Below are positions 26,681 to 39,330 of a DNA stretch of 64,000 nucleotides, piece after piece. Source of the stretch: Octopus vulgaris (lineage: Eukaryota). The position numbers and the translations under genes are program-made. The DNA lies in contig OX597820.1 of the NCBI GenBank assembly GCA_951406725.2, positions 33,046,001-33,110,000 on the forward strand, read 5' to 3'. The first letter of the stretch is position 1. Every line of letters starts with the position of its first letter. The notes under the pieces were generated by a model that made no database searches, had not been told where the DNA came from, and was given only the letters and a program-made list of their open reading frames with translations.

Positions 26681-27251
26681 ATAGAAGCCATAACACTAAT
26701 CCAGTTTTAATTGTTTTCTATAGTATCTCTGATTCTAAGTGAATACACGAGACTTCAAAGCGTGATTAACGATGTCAAAGTAAGCAAATTTCACTTCAAA
26801 ATATATTTGGACCGACTTAACTCTTAAACGTTTCAATAAAGAACAAAAATACATCGTTTCCCAGGGGGATTTTTTTTTCCTTACTAAAATTTATAGATGT
26901 ACCATACTTTGAAATTCTCTTTATTATGTGACTAATTATAAATAAAGTTCTTTATATTATTCATCAAAATGTAGATAATTAATTATATTTTTTTTACAAA
27001 ATAAACGTAAAGTGTATTTGTTATTGATATTGCATGTCTAGGCAAATGAACTGCTAACTGAAAGGAAAGTGTTTTTTACAAATATATATTAATTGCATGA
27101 CCTAACAATAAGGTCGTTGCTCTCTTAGATGTAGGGTCATTGCTTCTAGGTTTGGCCCGGGCAGCTGGTTATGTCTTCGAGAAAGGCACACTCATTCATG
27201 CAGCCCCACTAGACTCAGCTGAAAATATGCACCAGCCTAGTGCTGGGGCAA

Positions 27252-27288
<37 letters not shown>

Positions 27289-27289
27289 C

Positions 27290-27328
<39 letters not shown>

Positions 27329-27349
27329 ACCAACTGTCATACCATAGAT

Positions 27350-28070
27350 CAGCGGTTCCTAAAGTGGGCGATGCTGCCTCGCTGGACTCGGTGGAAAGAT
27401 CCAAGGGGTGCTGTAGAAAAATGAGGGCGATAATGTGGTTGCCAAAGGAGCAATGGATGTAAAAACAACAAAATAATGGGTTTATTAGGCTAAGTTTTAT
27501 TTGTGAAAAACTGTTGTTTTGAATTTGATGCATAAAGTGGTCTATGTTTATTATTTCTTTATTGCCCACAAGGGGCTAAACATAGAGAGGACAAACAAGG
27601 ACAGACAAACGGATTAAGTCGATTACATCGACCCCAGTGCGTAACTGATACTTAATTTATCGACCCCGAAAGGATTAAAGGCAAAGTTGACCTCGGCGGA
27701 ATTTGAACTCAGAACGTAGCGGCAGACGAAATACATATTTCTTTATTACCCACAAGGGGCTAAACATAGTGGGGACAAACAAGGATAGACATAGGTATTA
27801 AGTCGATTACATCGACCCCAGTGCGTAACTGGTACTTATTTCATCGACCCCGAGAGGATGAAAGGCAAAGTCGACTCGGCGTGCTAACGTTTCTGCCAGT
27901 TCGCCGCCTTTAAAAATGAAAGACACGTACAGATTCCAGCGAGTTTCGAACTCACGACCTTCTGCGTGTGAAGCAGATGTTATAACCACTACACGAATGG
28001 GGTGAGGGCACTAGGAATGTGGCCTGAGTTCCAAAAGGAGTGGCAACCTGAAAACGCTTGGAACCACTTG
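27350..28070. mobile_element. hAT-like MITE with nested SINE B copies and a tRNA fragment
   Basis: Termini CAGCGGTTCCTAAAGT...ACGCTTGGAACCACTTG; degenerate TSD CCATAGAT/TCTTAGAT. Confidence 0.55.
27931..27994 (-). pseudogene. 5'-truncated tRNA-Val(CAC) pseudogene
   Basis: Minus strand: GTGTAGTGGTTATAAC A TCTGC TTCACAC GCAGA AGGTC GTGAG TTCGAAA CTCGC TGGAATC T. The 5' acceptor strand is missing; a TTTTT run lies just downstream. Confidence 0.8.
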
Positions 28071-29469
28071 TCTTAGATATTTCGTCGGAGAGCAGAGTAA
28101 GCGTTCATGTCAGCTCGCAAGTACATAGGTACCTAAAACAGTTTGTGTAACCATGGTATGTGCTGCCAAGCCATACGTACGACTTAGTGCTCAGGTCATT
28201 GACCGCTAAGTTATGCGTACGAGCAAGTGACCACGAAATGCTGTGGTTTGACGTCATAAGATCTTTGTTTCGATTTTTGGGTCGCAAAGGGCGTTATATT
28301 AATGCTACGTATTTCTACTCAGCTGAACATAATTACCAAAGAGCTGGTAATCTCTCTCTCCTCCTGTTCCCCACTTGCAATCACATAATAGACGTTCCAG
28401 TCGTAGCTCCCCCTTCTTTTTTTTCAGTCACACCGAATTTAGAAATAATATTACGTATTACGCACATCTTTTATAAAAGAAATATGGGTGTGGTTTCGAC
28501 GAATATAGAATTGTTATAGTTTTTGTTGTTGTTATAGTTTATCCACAGGCTAGCTCTCACCGAACAGATATATATATTCAGAGGCGTTCTACTCTGAGTT
28601 ATAGAGCCCAATACTACGTGATTTATAGAAATCAACACAATGCACCACGTGGTCATAATATGTGTAGCGAGATTCTTTTTAGTTTTGAACTATCACTATC
28701 AGGTTTCCTAGATCAGCAACACGGCCTACCATACTGCCATAAAAGGCAATGAGTTATCAATAACGGTATTAAAGCTACACAAATATTGATTTGATTCGAA
28801 AAGTCATTATCTGACTTGTTACGGTTAACGCAGTAAAATTTTAAGTAAACGAATTATCTGGCCAAATAACTAGATCGAATGTTCTAGAAGGTTTTGCTGA
28901 CGGCCTTAAAAAGTTGGCAAATTCAACCCAATAATAGAGTTATTCAGAAGTTCACATACGAAGCATCGCTCAATGGGATGGAAGATTCGCATTGGTCCAG
29001 GCAAGTCACCCAACCGGATAAATAAATAATAATAATACTATACTATGATGTGTCCAATAGATGTGAAAGTGTAGTTTTGTGCATATGAGCGCAATATTGT
29101 ACTATAGGTGTATAATATTTCACTCATATGCAGCCTAGGGTAAGGTAGGCTGTTGATAGGGTATGGTTAGGTGAGATAGGCTGTTGATGTAGTATTGTTT
29201 CCTTTGTGTGAACAATATTGGACTATAAAATGGTGTGTTGTCTACTGTGGTAGTGAGTTGGCAGAATCGTTTGTGCGCCCTAGAAAATGCTTAGTGGCAT
29301 TACTTCTGGCTTTATATTGTGAGTTTAAAATCCACCGAGCTTGACGATATTTTCCCTTTATCCTTTCAAGCTCGATAAAATAAGCACTAGTTGAGCACTG
29401 GGGTCGCTGTAATCGACTTACCCACTTCTCCCGAGATTTCCGGCCTTGTGCCTATAGTAGGATTACTAT

Positions 29470-30289
29470 TATTAATTTATTTCATTTTATTTGTTGGGTT
29501 TGAAGAAAGGGACGGTGCCAATGGCCCTTGAAAACCCTCACAAACCGGTGAGATTGATGTCATTAATGTCTCTCATGAGCTTTTGTAAGCCCTATGAGGT
29601 GTTCTGGTGGCCTGTAGGTCTACCACCATTTCCTCCAGTAGTATAGCAGCCACCAGCCAGGCTACGTCCACCTCTGGGGGTACTTCCTCCACCCTAACTC
29701 TGGAAGTATGTCTCCCAACGTATATGAGTAGAAGAACTGTCACGTTCGTTTTCAGCGGTGTTGCTGAGTGCAGCCTGGTGGTAGCTACCTTTTCCAACTG
29801 CGCCTCTATCATTCCAAACTTTTTACCTCTGGCAAGGTACGAAATCCCTTGCCAGACTGGTCTTAACGACTTTTGTATCTGTACCGTAGACATGTTCTCA
29901 ATTTTTCCAGCTGCTACCGAGTACGTCATATAAACCACCGTTCTTTCCGTTGTTTTCTTTAAGACTTCTTCGGGGAGGGGGACACCTTCACTTCGTTCCC
30001 TTCCTTTTTCAGCATTCCCTTATACTTGCTTACATCTTCCATCCTTATGTCTTCGTACTTTTTTTCCGTCGCTGCAGCATAACTTCTATTTTCCATAGCT
30101 TTGTCTACTTTCTTCCTCAGGCACTCTACCATTTCTTCCTCAGACGACACATAGTCCAAGGACGGGCAGCTTTCAACGTTTAACACAGAACAATTTAAAC
30201 TTTCGCAACTCCTTACTCGACACCTCTCCATCACACAAGAAGAAAAAAGTCGCACAGCCAAAAAAACCGTCTATCTCACACATATCCAA

Positions 30290-30290
<1 letters not shown>
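29470..30290 (-). mobile_element. Internally deleted LINE with L1/Tx1-type ORF1-like coding remnant
   Basis: ORFs 29959-30261 and 29573-29938 read as one protein-like stretch broken by a stop, followed by an A-rich AATAAA end. Clade assignment is inference. Confidence 0.5.
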
Positions 30291-30355
<65 letters not shown>

Positions 30356-32439
30356 GATATGTATATAGCAAATAAGTAACAAGGATATCCAGGTATTAGT
30401 GCATTACGGCCGTTTCAAGTGGTTCCATTTAATCGATGAATGCAAACATTTCATCAATTTAAAATAAAGCGCTATGTGCACAATACCGGACTGACTGATG
30501 CCAAGTTGTATCGGCCTTTGCCTTTCTCTTGGATAACATCGGTGGCGTGGAGAGGGGAGGCTGATATACATAAGTGACTGCTGGACTTCCATAAAATGCC
30601 AGTTTTTCTAATTTATCACTCTTTACAGTTCTCATCTTTTCAATTTATTGTACAAAACTGTTCAGCTAATTTGTAAGTCTATCTAATTAGTCACTTTTTT
30701 CTGTATTTAAGGTAGTAAATTAGCCAAATTCTACTTAAATAAGTATAGTATTGTTTGTAAACTATAATAAACTAATTTTTAATATTCAAATTTTTGTTTT
30801 AGCTGCAATATTTTAAGTAAAAAGTTTCTTATTCTTTACTTAACTAGAAGTAATAGCTTGTCCTATACTTTTACAGGTGTAATAACTAGTCCTGCACTTT
30901 TCCAGGTTTATAATCTTAAGAATATTACTTTTCATGCTCGCATTTTTACATGTAATCCATGATTTTTCCAGGAATTGCTGTTATAAGATAATTAATAATG
31001 TGTCAATTAATAATTAAAGATTTTAACATATAAAATACTGAAAGATAATATTTCAATTTTTCCATGTAAGTGATAATAATATTTCAATTTTTTCATGTTT
31101 AATTTAAATATATGTTGTGATTGAATTATTTGATATTACCCATCCACACTGAATTAATGGCAGGGAATTTTACCATCTTGTTGGTTGCACCATGGCTCAC
31201 CAAAAGTTACAAACAACGAGACCCCAAAACCATCAGTTACCAGGCTAAGCTTAAGTAACCTAGATTTTGAGTTGGTGATAATAGCACTGCTGCTAATCTA
31301 GATCTATCAATAATTATTCAGTACAACAGTAATTATAAAAGCATATCAGATATACACAAGTTAAAATTACCTAAATCCCATTAATATAGATTTGATTTAT
31401 GCAAAATTCCTTTTAATTAATTTTGATATTTAAAAAGTAAGTTTAGAATATAAGCGCTTTTAACCAGTGCCGTGTCTGGATAGCCTTACTAAATGCCTTC
31501 AGGTCTTCCCATAGAGACACAGCCAAAAATGACTATATTCCTCCCCCAATAAATTTAGATGCACATATCTGAAGCATATAACACATTAATGAACTAGCCT
31601 GATTAAATAATTAACTAAAATGAAAAGGAAAGCAGCTAAAAAGGAAAAGCAAAAAAGCAGAAATCAAGTTAGTTAAAGCTGAAAGAGAAAATTAATAATA
31701 CAAGTTAAACTTACCTTAATTCAACATTCAACAGCATGTTAAAAATAACTTTATTTAATACTTAATTTTTAAAAATAAAATATACGAAAGGTAAAGTCAA
31801 CCTCGATAGAATTTGAATTCAGAATGAAAAGGCAGACGAAACATTGATATGCATTTCGCCCGGCGTGGTAACGTTTCTGCTAAATAGCCGTGTTAGTATG
31901 TAAGAATTCATTCTAGAAATATATTCTTATCTTAACATTATTGCTTGGAGCATTGCTTCTTACTTCCTCACAATAAATTTCATGGTATTTCACCGCATAA
32001 CTTTTTTTCTACTAATTTTTGTTCAATGCGACTAATGATTCTGAATTCCTCATGCACTTTTCTATCATTTAAGCCCAAGAAAAGTATACTTTTATTTAAG
32101 GATTAAAAAATGTATGTTAATTGAAGATGAACAGGTACCTTACTGTTCACCTTTAGACCTCAGATATTTTGATGTGGCTTTTTTCTACTGAACCAAATCT
32201 CAAACAATTTATGCTGAAGTGTAGCTGAGGTGGTGCTTTTTTAAAACTGTTAACAGTTTGCAATTTAGTTGAGAACTGAATCAATGGTGAAGCTTGGAAG
32301 CTGCTGCGATTGACGAAATGATGGACTTAGGAATATATTCAACCGCTACTGTGGTTGAATGATATATAAAAATAATAAAATAAATATGTACAAATTATAA
32401 AATTAATTTCAAAATATATACAGTTCGGTACTGTTTCTG

Positions 32440-32497
32440 CTTCGCGGATTTTTACCTCTCACGGGAGTTTTGGAACGTAACACCTGCTATAATCGAG
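32440..32497. mobile_element. Orphan pogo/Tigger-like terminal repeat
   Basis: TTCGCGGATTTT...GGAACGTAAC...GAGGGCTTACT resembles the right end of the MITE at 10038-10574. Confidence 0.5.
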
Positions 32498-32506
32498 GGC
32501 TTACTC

Positions 32507-32559
<53 letters not shown>

Positions 32560-32561
<2 letters not shown>

Positions 32562-32733
32562 TTCCCTTCTCCTCTGTCTTCCCTTCTCGGGATCTTTCCT
32601 TCTCCTATGTTTCCGACGAAGAGCTCCGCTCGAAACGTCAAACCCTCCTTCTTCCCTTCTTTCCTGAGCGTCCAATAATACTTTATTTGTTCCACGTCCT
32701 TGCGTTGTTGTCATTTTGTTTTCTTGTTTGGAT

Positions 32734-32740
<7 letters not shown>
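32560..32740 (+). mobile_element. PLE-like terminal fragment with minimal hammerhead variant (32609-32643)
   Basis: GTTT-CCGACGA-A-GAGC-TCC-GCTC-GAAAC-GTC-AAAC; inserted in (TA)n; sister copy at 43039-43230. Confidence 0.7.
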
Positions 32741-32778
<38 letters not shown>

Positions 32779-33577
32779 CTGTGTACTTACACGTTTGTAT
32801 ATGCATATGTGTATGTGTGTGTGTGTGTAATATGTATTACATTATGTCGAATTATGCACTGTAAGGTGCTGTGATATTTAATATCAGAATACACCAGTGT
32901 ATGTGCACAGTTCATGAATTTTCTTTTTGCTCATAAATGTCAGTTATAATAGAACAGTCACGGTATTGAAACGGGAGAGATCGAATGTGAACAGGAAGCG
33001 TAAAAGATAGCGCATAAGGCGAGTGAGCAAGTGAGAAGGGGAGAGAGAGAGAATGTGTGGCAGATAGAGAATGAGGATCAGAACAGGGGCAATGTAAGAG
33101 TGAAGGGCAGAGTGGGAAGGAGTGGCGGGGTGAGAGTGAAGGGAATGGGTGAGATTAAACGTGTGAGGGATAGATAGAGAGTGGAATGTTGAGAAGGCGA
33201 GAACGAGAATTAGATTTGAAGAAGGAGGAGGAGGAGGGGACAAGGATACGAATTGCGTCGCAGTTGTTTTTTTTTTATTATTCACATAGTTTCTGACTTT
33301 ACGTAAAACGACACGAGAATTGAAAGTAAAAGTCTTTTCATTTACTGGAAATTGAAAACAATATTTTGAATAGTGTGTGTGTGCGTGAGTGCGTGCGTCT
33401 GTGCATTTCTTAGAAATTGACAGTTGCATTTGGAAGTGAACACAAAGAAAATTGAACAATAATAAAGAGATAGTGGGTGAGCGAATGCGCGACTGTGTGT
33501 GTGTGTGTCTGTGTTTGTGCGCGAAAGACGGGGAGAGACAGTAAGCAAAATGACTGCGACAAAATTATCAGAGAGAA

Positions 33578-33642
<65 letters not shown>

Positions 33643-33699
33643 CGAGAAGTAATTTATGTACAAAACACTTGTCTGAATAAAGAATAAGATATATTGAAA

Positions 33700-33930
33700 A
33701 AGGCGGCGAGCTGGCAGACACGTTAGCACGCCGGGCGAAATGCGTAGCCGTATTTCGTCTGCCGTTACGTTCTGAGTTCAAATTCCGCCGAGGTCGACTT
33801 TGTCTTTTATCCTTTCGGGGTCGATTAAATAAGTACCAGTTACGCACTGGGGTCGGTGTAATCGACTTAATCCGTTTGTCTGTCCTTGTTTGTCCCCTCT
33901 ATGTTTAGCCCCTTGTGGGCAATAAAGAAT
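33700..33930 (+). mobile_element. Near-consensus monomer of SINE family B
   Basis: GGCGGCGAGCTGGCAG...GAGTTCAAATTCCGCC...CCCCTTGTGGGCAATAAAGAA. Confidence 0.9.
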
Positions 33931-34653
33931 TGAATACGATATATTGAATATCTAAAGAATGAAGAAACAGAAGAGACCCACCGAAACGGAATAAACACGG
34001 TGTAGCAAGACCAGAGAACCTGAGAAGCTACAGAGTAGTGGTCCTCAACAGGGGTCCGTATGGCCCTTGGAGGTCCTTATAAGCTTCCGTTGTTAAAATT
34101 TATGTGCAATAAAATTGGTTGTACTTCTATATGGTGTATTTATGCAGTATGAGGTGTGGGGTGCTGATTTTTTTAAAGTGAAGTATGGAGTGGCTGTGTG
34201 GTAAGTAGCTTGCTTACGAACCACATTGTTCCGGGTTCAGTCCCACTGCGTGGCACCTTGGGCAAGTGTCTTCTACTATAGCCTCGGACCGACCAAAGCA
34301 TTGTGAGCGGATTTGGTAGATGCCTGTCGTATATATGTATATGCTTGTCGTATATATATATATGCTTTGCGGTATTACGTCTGCCGTTACGTTCTGAGTT
34401 CAAATTCCGCCGAGGTCTACTTTGTCTCTCATCTTTTCGGGGTCGATTAAATAAGTACCAGTTGTGTACTGGGTCGATCTAATCGACTAGCCCTCTTACC
34501 CCAAAATTTCGGTCCTTATCCCTAGAGTAGAAAAGAATAAGTGGTTTGGAAGCAAACTTCTTATAATACAGCCATGCGCTTGCCTCAAGTGATATTTAAT
34601 ATATCTATCCATCCATCCATCCATCCATACACACATACATACATACACACACA

Positions 34654-34730
<77 letters not shown>

Positions 34731-35434
34731 CGGTGTGTATAGTACAGTAGTGTATAATATAGTCATGTTATATAGTACAGCAGTATATAGCGTAATGCAA
34801 TACAGTTTGTAGGTGAGAGGTATATAAAGCGATGGTATACAGCTATATAGTCCTGTGGAATATACTGTAGTGTTACATAGTACAGTGGTGCATAGTACAG
34901 AGGATAGTGTGGGCCATAGCTGATTGGCCTCAGTAGAACATGTACCGAACACCAAATACTATATTGCTGCAATTAAGATCAGTTGAGTGATTAAGTTGTG
35001 TATACAGTAGGTAGTGGTGGGGTGGTTGTGGTGGTGGTGGCGGCGGCGGCGGCGGTGGTGGTGGTGGTGGTGGTGGTGGGGCAGGATGGTTAATGAGATG
35101 TAATTGGTCTACAGTAGGCCAAGGACACACAGCTTTGTTCCGCACGCACTTAAGTGAATGTACAATTACATGCATACGTATCTACAGATGTGTGTGTGTA
35201 TGCACACATACAGTCCAGAACAACAATAACTTTGTTCTACATATATATATGCCTACACACACATACTCACACACAAACACACACATATACATAGACACAC
35301 ACACACTGCCAAAACTACGCACATAAGTATCCCGATTACCGCGCATCGGTGTATTAGGGGAACCGCAATATTCGGAACATTACATATATAAGCATACACA
35401 TATATGTGCGTGTATGTGCGTGTGTGTTTATGTC

Positions 35435-35487
<53 letters not shown>

Positions 35488-36608
35488 CGTATATAAGTAA
35501 ATGTCCTTTTCTCAGATCATAAGTGGTTTCATATTATATTAACAATCATCAGCAAAGCGAAATGCGACTAACTGAAAAATGTTGAAGGCTTTTAACGTGA
35601 CACCGCGTAAAATGATATTCGGCGGCGAGCATCGGATGTACTGTACACGAAATGAAAGTAAATGAGCAGAGGTGGGGGTGGGGATGAACTTCTTGAAACA
35701 ATGTCACCCTTATTGTAGTCAAGGATTTCCCTTAAGGATCTTTGTTTTCCGCGCGCCGAATCAATGCGGCCATGATGACGCTGTGCTCATTTTCTGTAGT
35801 GTGTGTGTGCGCGGTTTAGAGTGCTTGAATTTGCAATCATTTAGGGAAACAAACATCTTGATGTTGTTGATTCCTGTTTAAGCTCTGACTGAATAAGTTT
35901 ATGATTATTTCAAATTTTGGCTCCAGACCAGCAGTTTTTGGGTGTTTAACTGGTACTTATTTTCTCAACCCCGGAAGGATGAAAGGCAAAGTTGACCTCG
36001 TCGGAATTTGAACTCAGAACGTTAAAAGACGGAATGTCGCTAAGCATTTTGCCCAGCGTGCTAACGATTTTACCAGCTCGCTGCCTTTAACACTTCATAT
36101 TATATTGATTTTGATACAAGGCCAATCATTTTGTGGAAGGAGTTAAGTCGATTACATCGATCCCAGTGCTCAACTGGCACTTTATTGAACCCGAAATATT
36201 AAAGGCAAGGTTGACTTCGGCGGAATTTGAACTCAAAATGTAAAGACGGACGAACTGCTTCAAAACATTTTGCCCGGTGAGCTAACTATTCTGCTAGCGT
36301 AGGTTCATTATTAAAAATGCTTTTAAGACGGCGGAGTGGCAGATCATTAGCACGCCGAACAAAATGCTCGGCGGCGTTTCTTCCGGACTTTTACGTTCTG
36401 GGTTCAAATCCCGCCGAGGTCGACTTTGCCTTTCGTCTTTTCAGAGTAGATGAGCACTGGGGTGAGAGTGGGGGGGCATATGACTGACTTCTCCTCTCCT
36501 TAGAATTGCTAACCATTTGCTAATATTAGAAATAATTATTATAAATGCGTTCTAATTATGACTATCCTGTCGTTTTTTTTTTAGGTGTAATCTATGTTAG
36601 ATTACAAG

Positions 36609-36896
36609 CAGGGGTTCTCAACCATTTGTGACCTATGAACCCCTTTGATTACTATTTTATCCTGGTGGATCCCCATAACTATTAGATATTTAAAATCTGG
36701 TTTTATAGAAACCCCTTTCAAAATTTTGTTTTGTATTTTACTCATAAACTTGTGTAGGTTGAAGTATGTAAAATGTTAGAGAAAGAACCCTAGCAAAATT
36801 TTTTAGGAGACATTAAAATACTATTGTGTTGTGTGAACCTCCAAAAGTCTTATATGGACCAACAGGGATCGTATGGACCCCGGTTGAGAAGCACTG
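36609..36896. mobile_element. hAT-like MITE
   Basis: TIRs CAGGGGTTCTCAACC / GGTTGAGAAGCACTG; TSD not preserved. Confidence 0.7.
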
Positions 36897-37125
36897 ATCT
36901 AAAATATTGCCCTTCCTTAGCGTTACGCTAATTCTTACTCTCGTACAGTTACATTCACACTCACTCTAACATGCTCACGTACAATCACTCTCACTCAGAC
37001 GCATACACTCTCTCTCACTCAGACGCATACACGCACTCACACTCATGCTCACATAGTCGTATTCACACTCGCATATGCATTCATACACACTGTGACACAG
37101 GCACACATACACATACTCAAACACT

Positions 37126-37848
37126 GGATCTTTACCCTTTGACCTAGAGATTTAAAAAAATAATTTTTTATAACTAAACACTTTAAAACTTCGGACACTG
37201 GTAGAATGTGTCATATAAAACATCTTTTACTCTTAGCATTTTTGAGAAAAACTTATATTTACGAAGTTATTTCACGTTAAAGTTCTCTATTTCGGTAATT
37301 TCAACCAATCAATGACGTGTATTCAGCTGAATAAAATTACTGCTGTTGTTTGTCAACAAGAACTTCCGGCGGTGTATATTTCGTTTGTCACAATTATTTA
37401 TGACAACCCTAACCCTAAAACCATAACCCTAACCCTAAAACCATAACCCTAACCCTAAAACCATAACCCTAACCCTAAAACCTTAACCCTAAAACCATAA
37501 TCCCAACACCCTAACCCTAACACCCTAACCCTAAAACTCTAACCCTAAAACCCTAACCCTAAAACCAGTACAAATGCACGAACGATGTCATAAATAACAG
37601 TGACAAACGAAAAATACACCGCCGATAGTTGTTGACAAACAAGGGCAGTAATTTTATTCAGCTGAATACACTTCATTGATTGGTTGAAATTACCGAAGTA
37701 GGACAACTTTAACGTGAAATAACTTCGTAAATATAAGTTTTTCTCAAAAATGCTAAGAATAAAAGATGTTTTATATGACACATTCTACCAGTGTCCGAAG
37801 TTTGAAAGTGTTTAGTTACAAAAAATTATTTTTTAAATCTGTAGGTCC
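37126..37848. mobile_element. Foldback MITE with inverted arms of about 265 bp enclosing a telomeric-like (CCCTAA) array
   Basis: Arms 37141-37405 and 37586-37847; GG...CC termini; TSD CAAACACT/CAGACACT; arm homologous to 5270-5440. Confidence 0.88.
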
Positions 37849-38157
37849 CAGACACTAACAGTCACGCTTGCATGACCCTGTTCACACTCGCATACCTATT
37901 CATACACAATTATACTCACGGTCGCACTTGAAGTCACACTCGCATACACGTTGTCACAGTCACGCTCACAAACACACAAACAAACACTCATACAGTTACA
38001 CTTACATACACACAAGCCATGCTCGCTCACACGCACGGAGATAGTCATATACTCACGCTAACATACAATCACATTTATATACACAGATTCACAGTCATAG
38101 TTTCATGCACATATGCACACAAACATACACATGTACACATTTACTCACACACACGCT

Positions 38158-38206
<49 letters not shown>

Positions 38207-38339
38207 ACGCAAAGAACCACGCACACACATACACACTCACATTCACGCACCCACATGCACACACACATGCACGCACACATATACACACTCATACATGCTC
38301 ACATGTGGACATTCACCGTCATCCTCCTTCTCCACACTG

Positions 38340-38880
38340 TCACATCAACCAAACCCACCACCTCCACCACCACCACCACAACCACCGCCATCATCACCAC
38401 AACCATCACCACCACCAACACCACACGCATCATCATCATCACCACCATCACCATCACAACCACCATCACCACCACCACCGCAACTGTACCACCACCACCA
38501 CCACCACCACCACCACCACCACCACCACCACCACCACCACCACCACTGCTGTACCCATCATCACCACCATCACCACCACCACCACCACCACCACTGCTGT
38601 ACCCATCATCACCACCATCACCACCACCACCACCACCACCACCACTGCTGTACCCATCATCACCACCATCACCACCACTGCTGTACCCATCATCACCACC
38701 ATCACCACCACCACCACCACCACCACCACCACCACCACTGATGTACCCATCATCACCACCATCACCACCACCACCACCACCACCACTGCTGTACCCATCA
38801 TCACCACCATCACCACCACCACCACCACCACCACCACCACCACCACTGTTGTACTCATCATCACCACCATCACCATCAAC
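38340..38880. repeat. (CAC)n-based minisatellite with seven CTGCTGTACCCATCATCACCACCAT anchors
   Basis: Visible directly; (CAC)n spacers vary in length. Confidence 0.9.
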
Positions 38881-39267
38881 GACTCCGCCTACATCATCAA
38901 TATAATATAAAGAAAAAATAACTTGTATAACGTTTATTTTAGTCACATGATCAAAATTCTCTTTTTTCCCTCCTCTGCCTTCTCCCCACACTACTTTATC
39001 AGGTTCCAAACCGTTAATTTTTATCCAGTCAATTAATCAATTAACAGAAAAATGCAGGATGTCCTCCTCTTATTATTTTCTTCTTTTCTCTTTTCTCTTT
39101 CTCTCTTTCTCTCTCTATCATTCTTTTCTTACTCTTTTCTCTAACCCTCTCTCTTCTTCATGTTTCGTCGCATTTTTTAATTTCACGTTTGCTTGCCTTC
39201 TCTCACTCTCTCTCCCCCAATCTCTCTCTCTCTCTCTACGTACCAACATACGTACTCATCTTTCAGC

Positions 39268-39330
<63 letters not shown>

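Noticed and set aside
35515-35556. Minus-strand CTGATGA...GAAAC hammerhead-like spacing
   Set aside because: Stems I and III do not pair. The same applies to candidates near 22290, 46505 and 56650.
35772-35889. ATGATGA...CTGA resembling C/D snoRNA boxes
   Set aside because: No terminal stem, no recognisable rRNA guide, and it contains a TG microsatellite.
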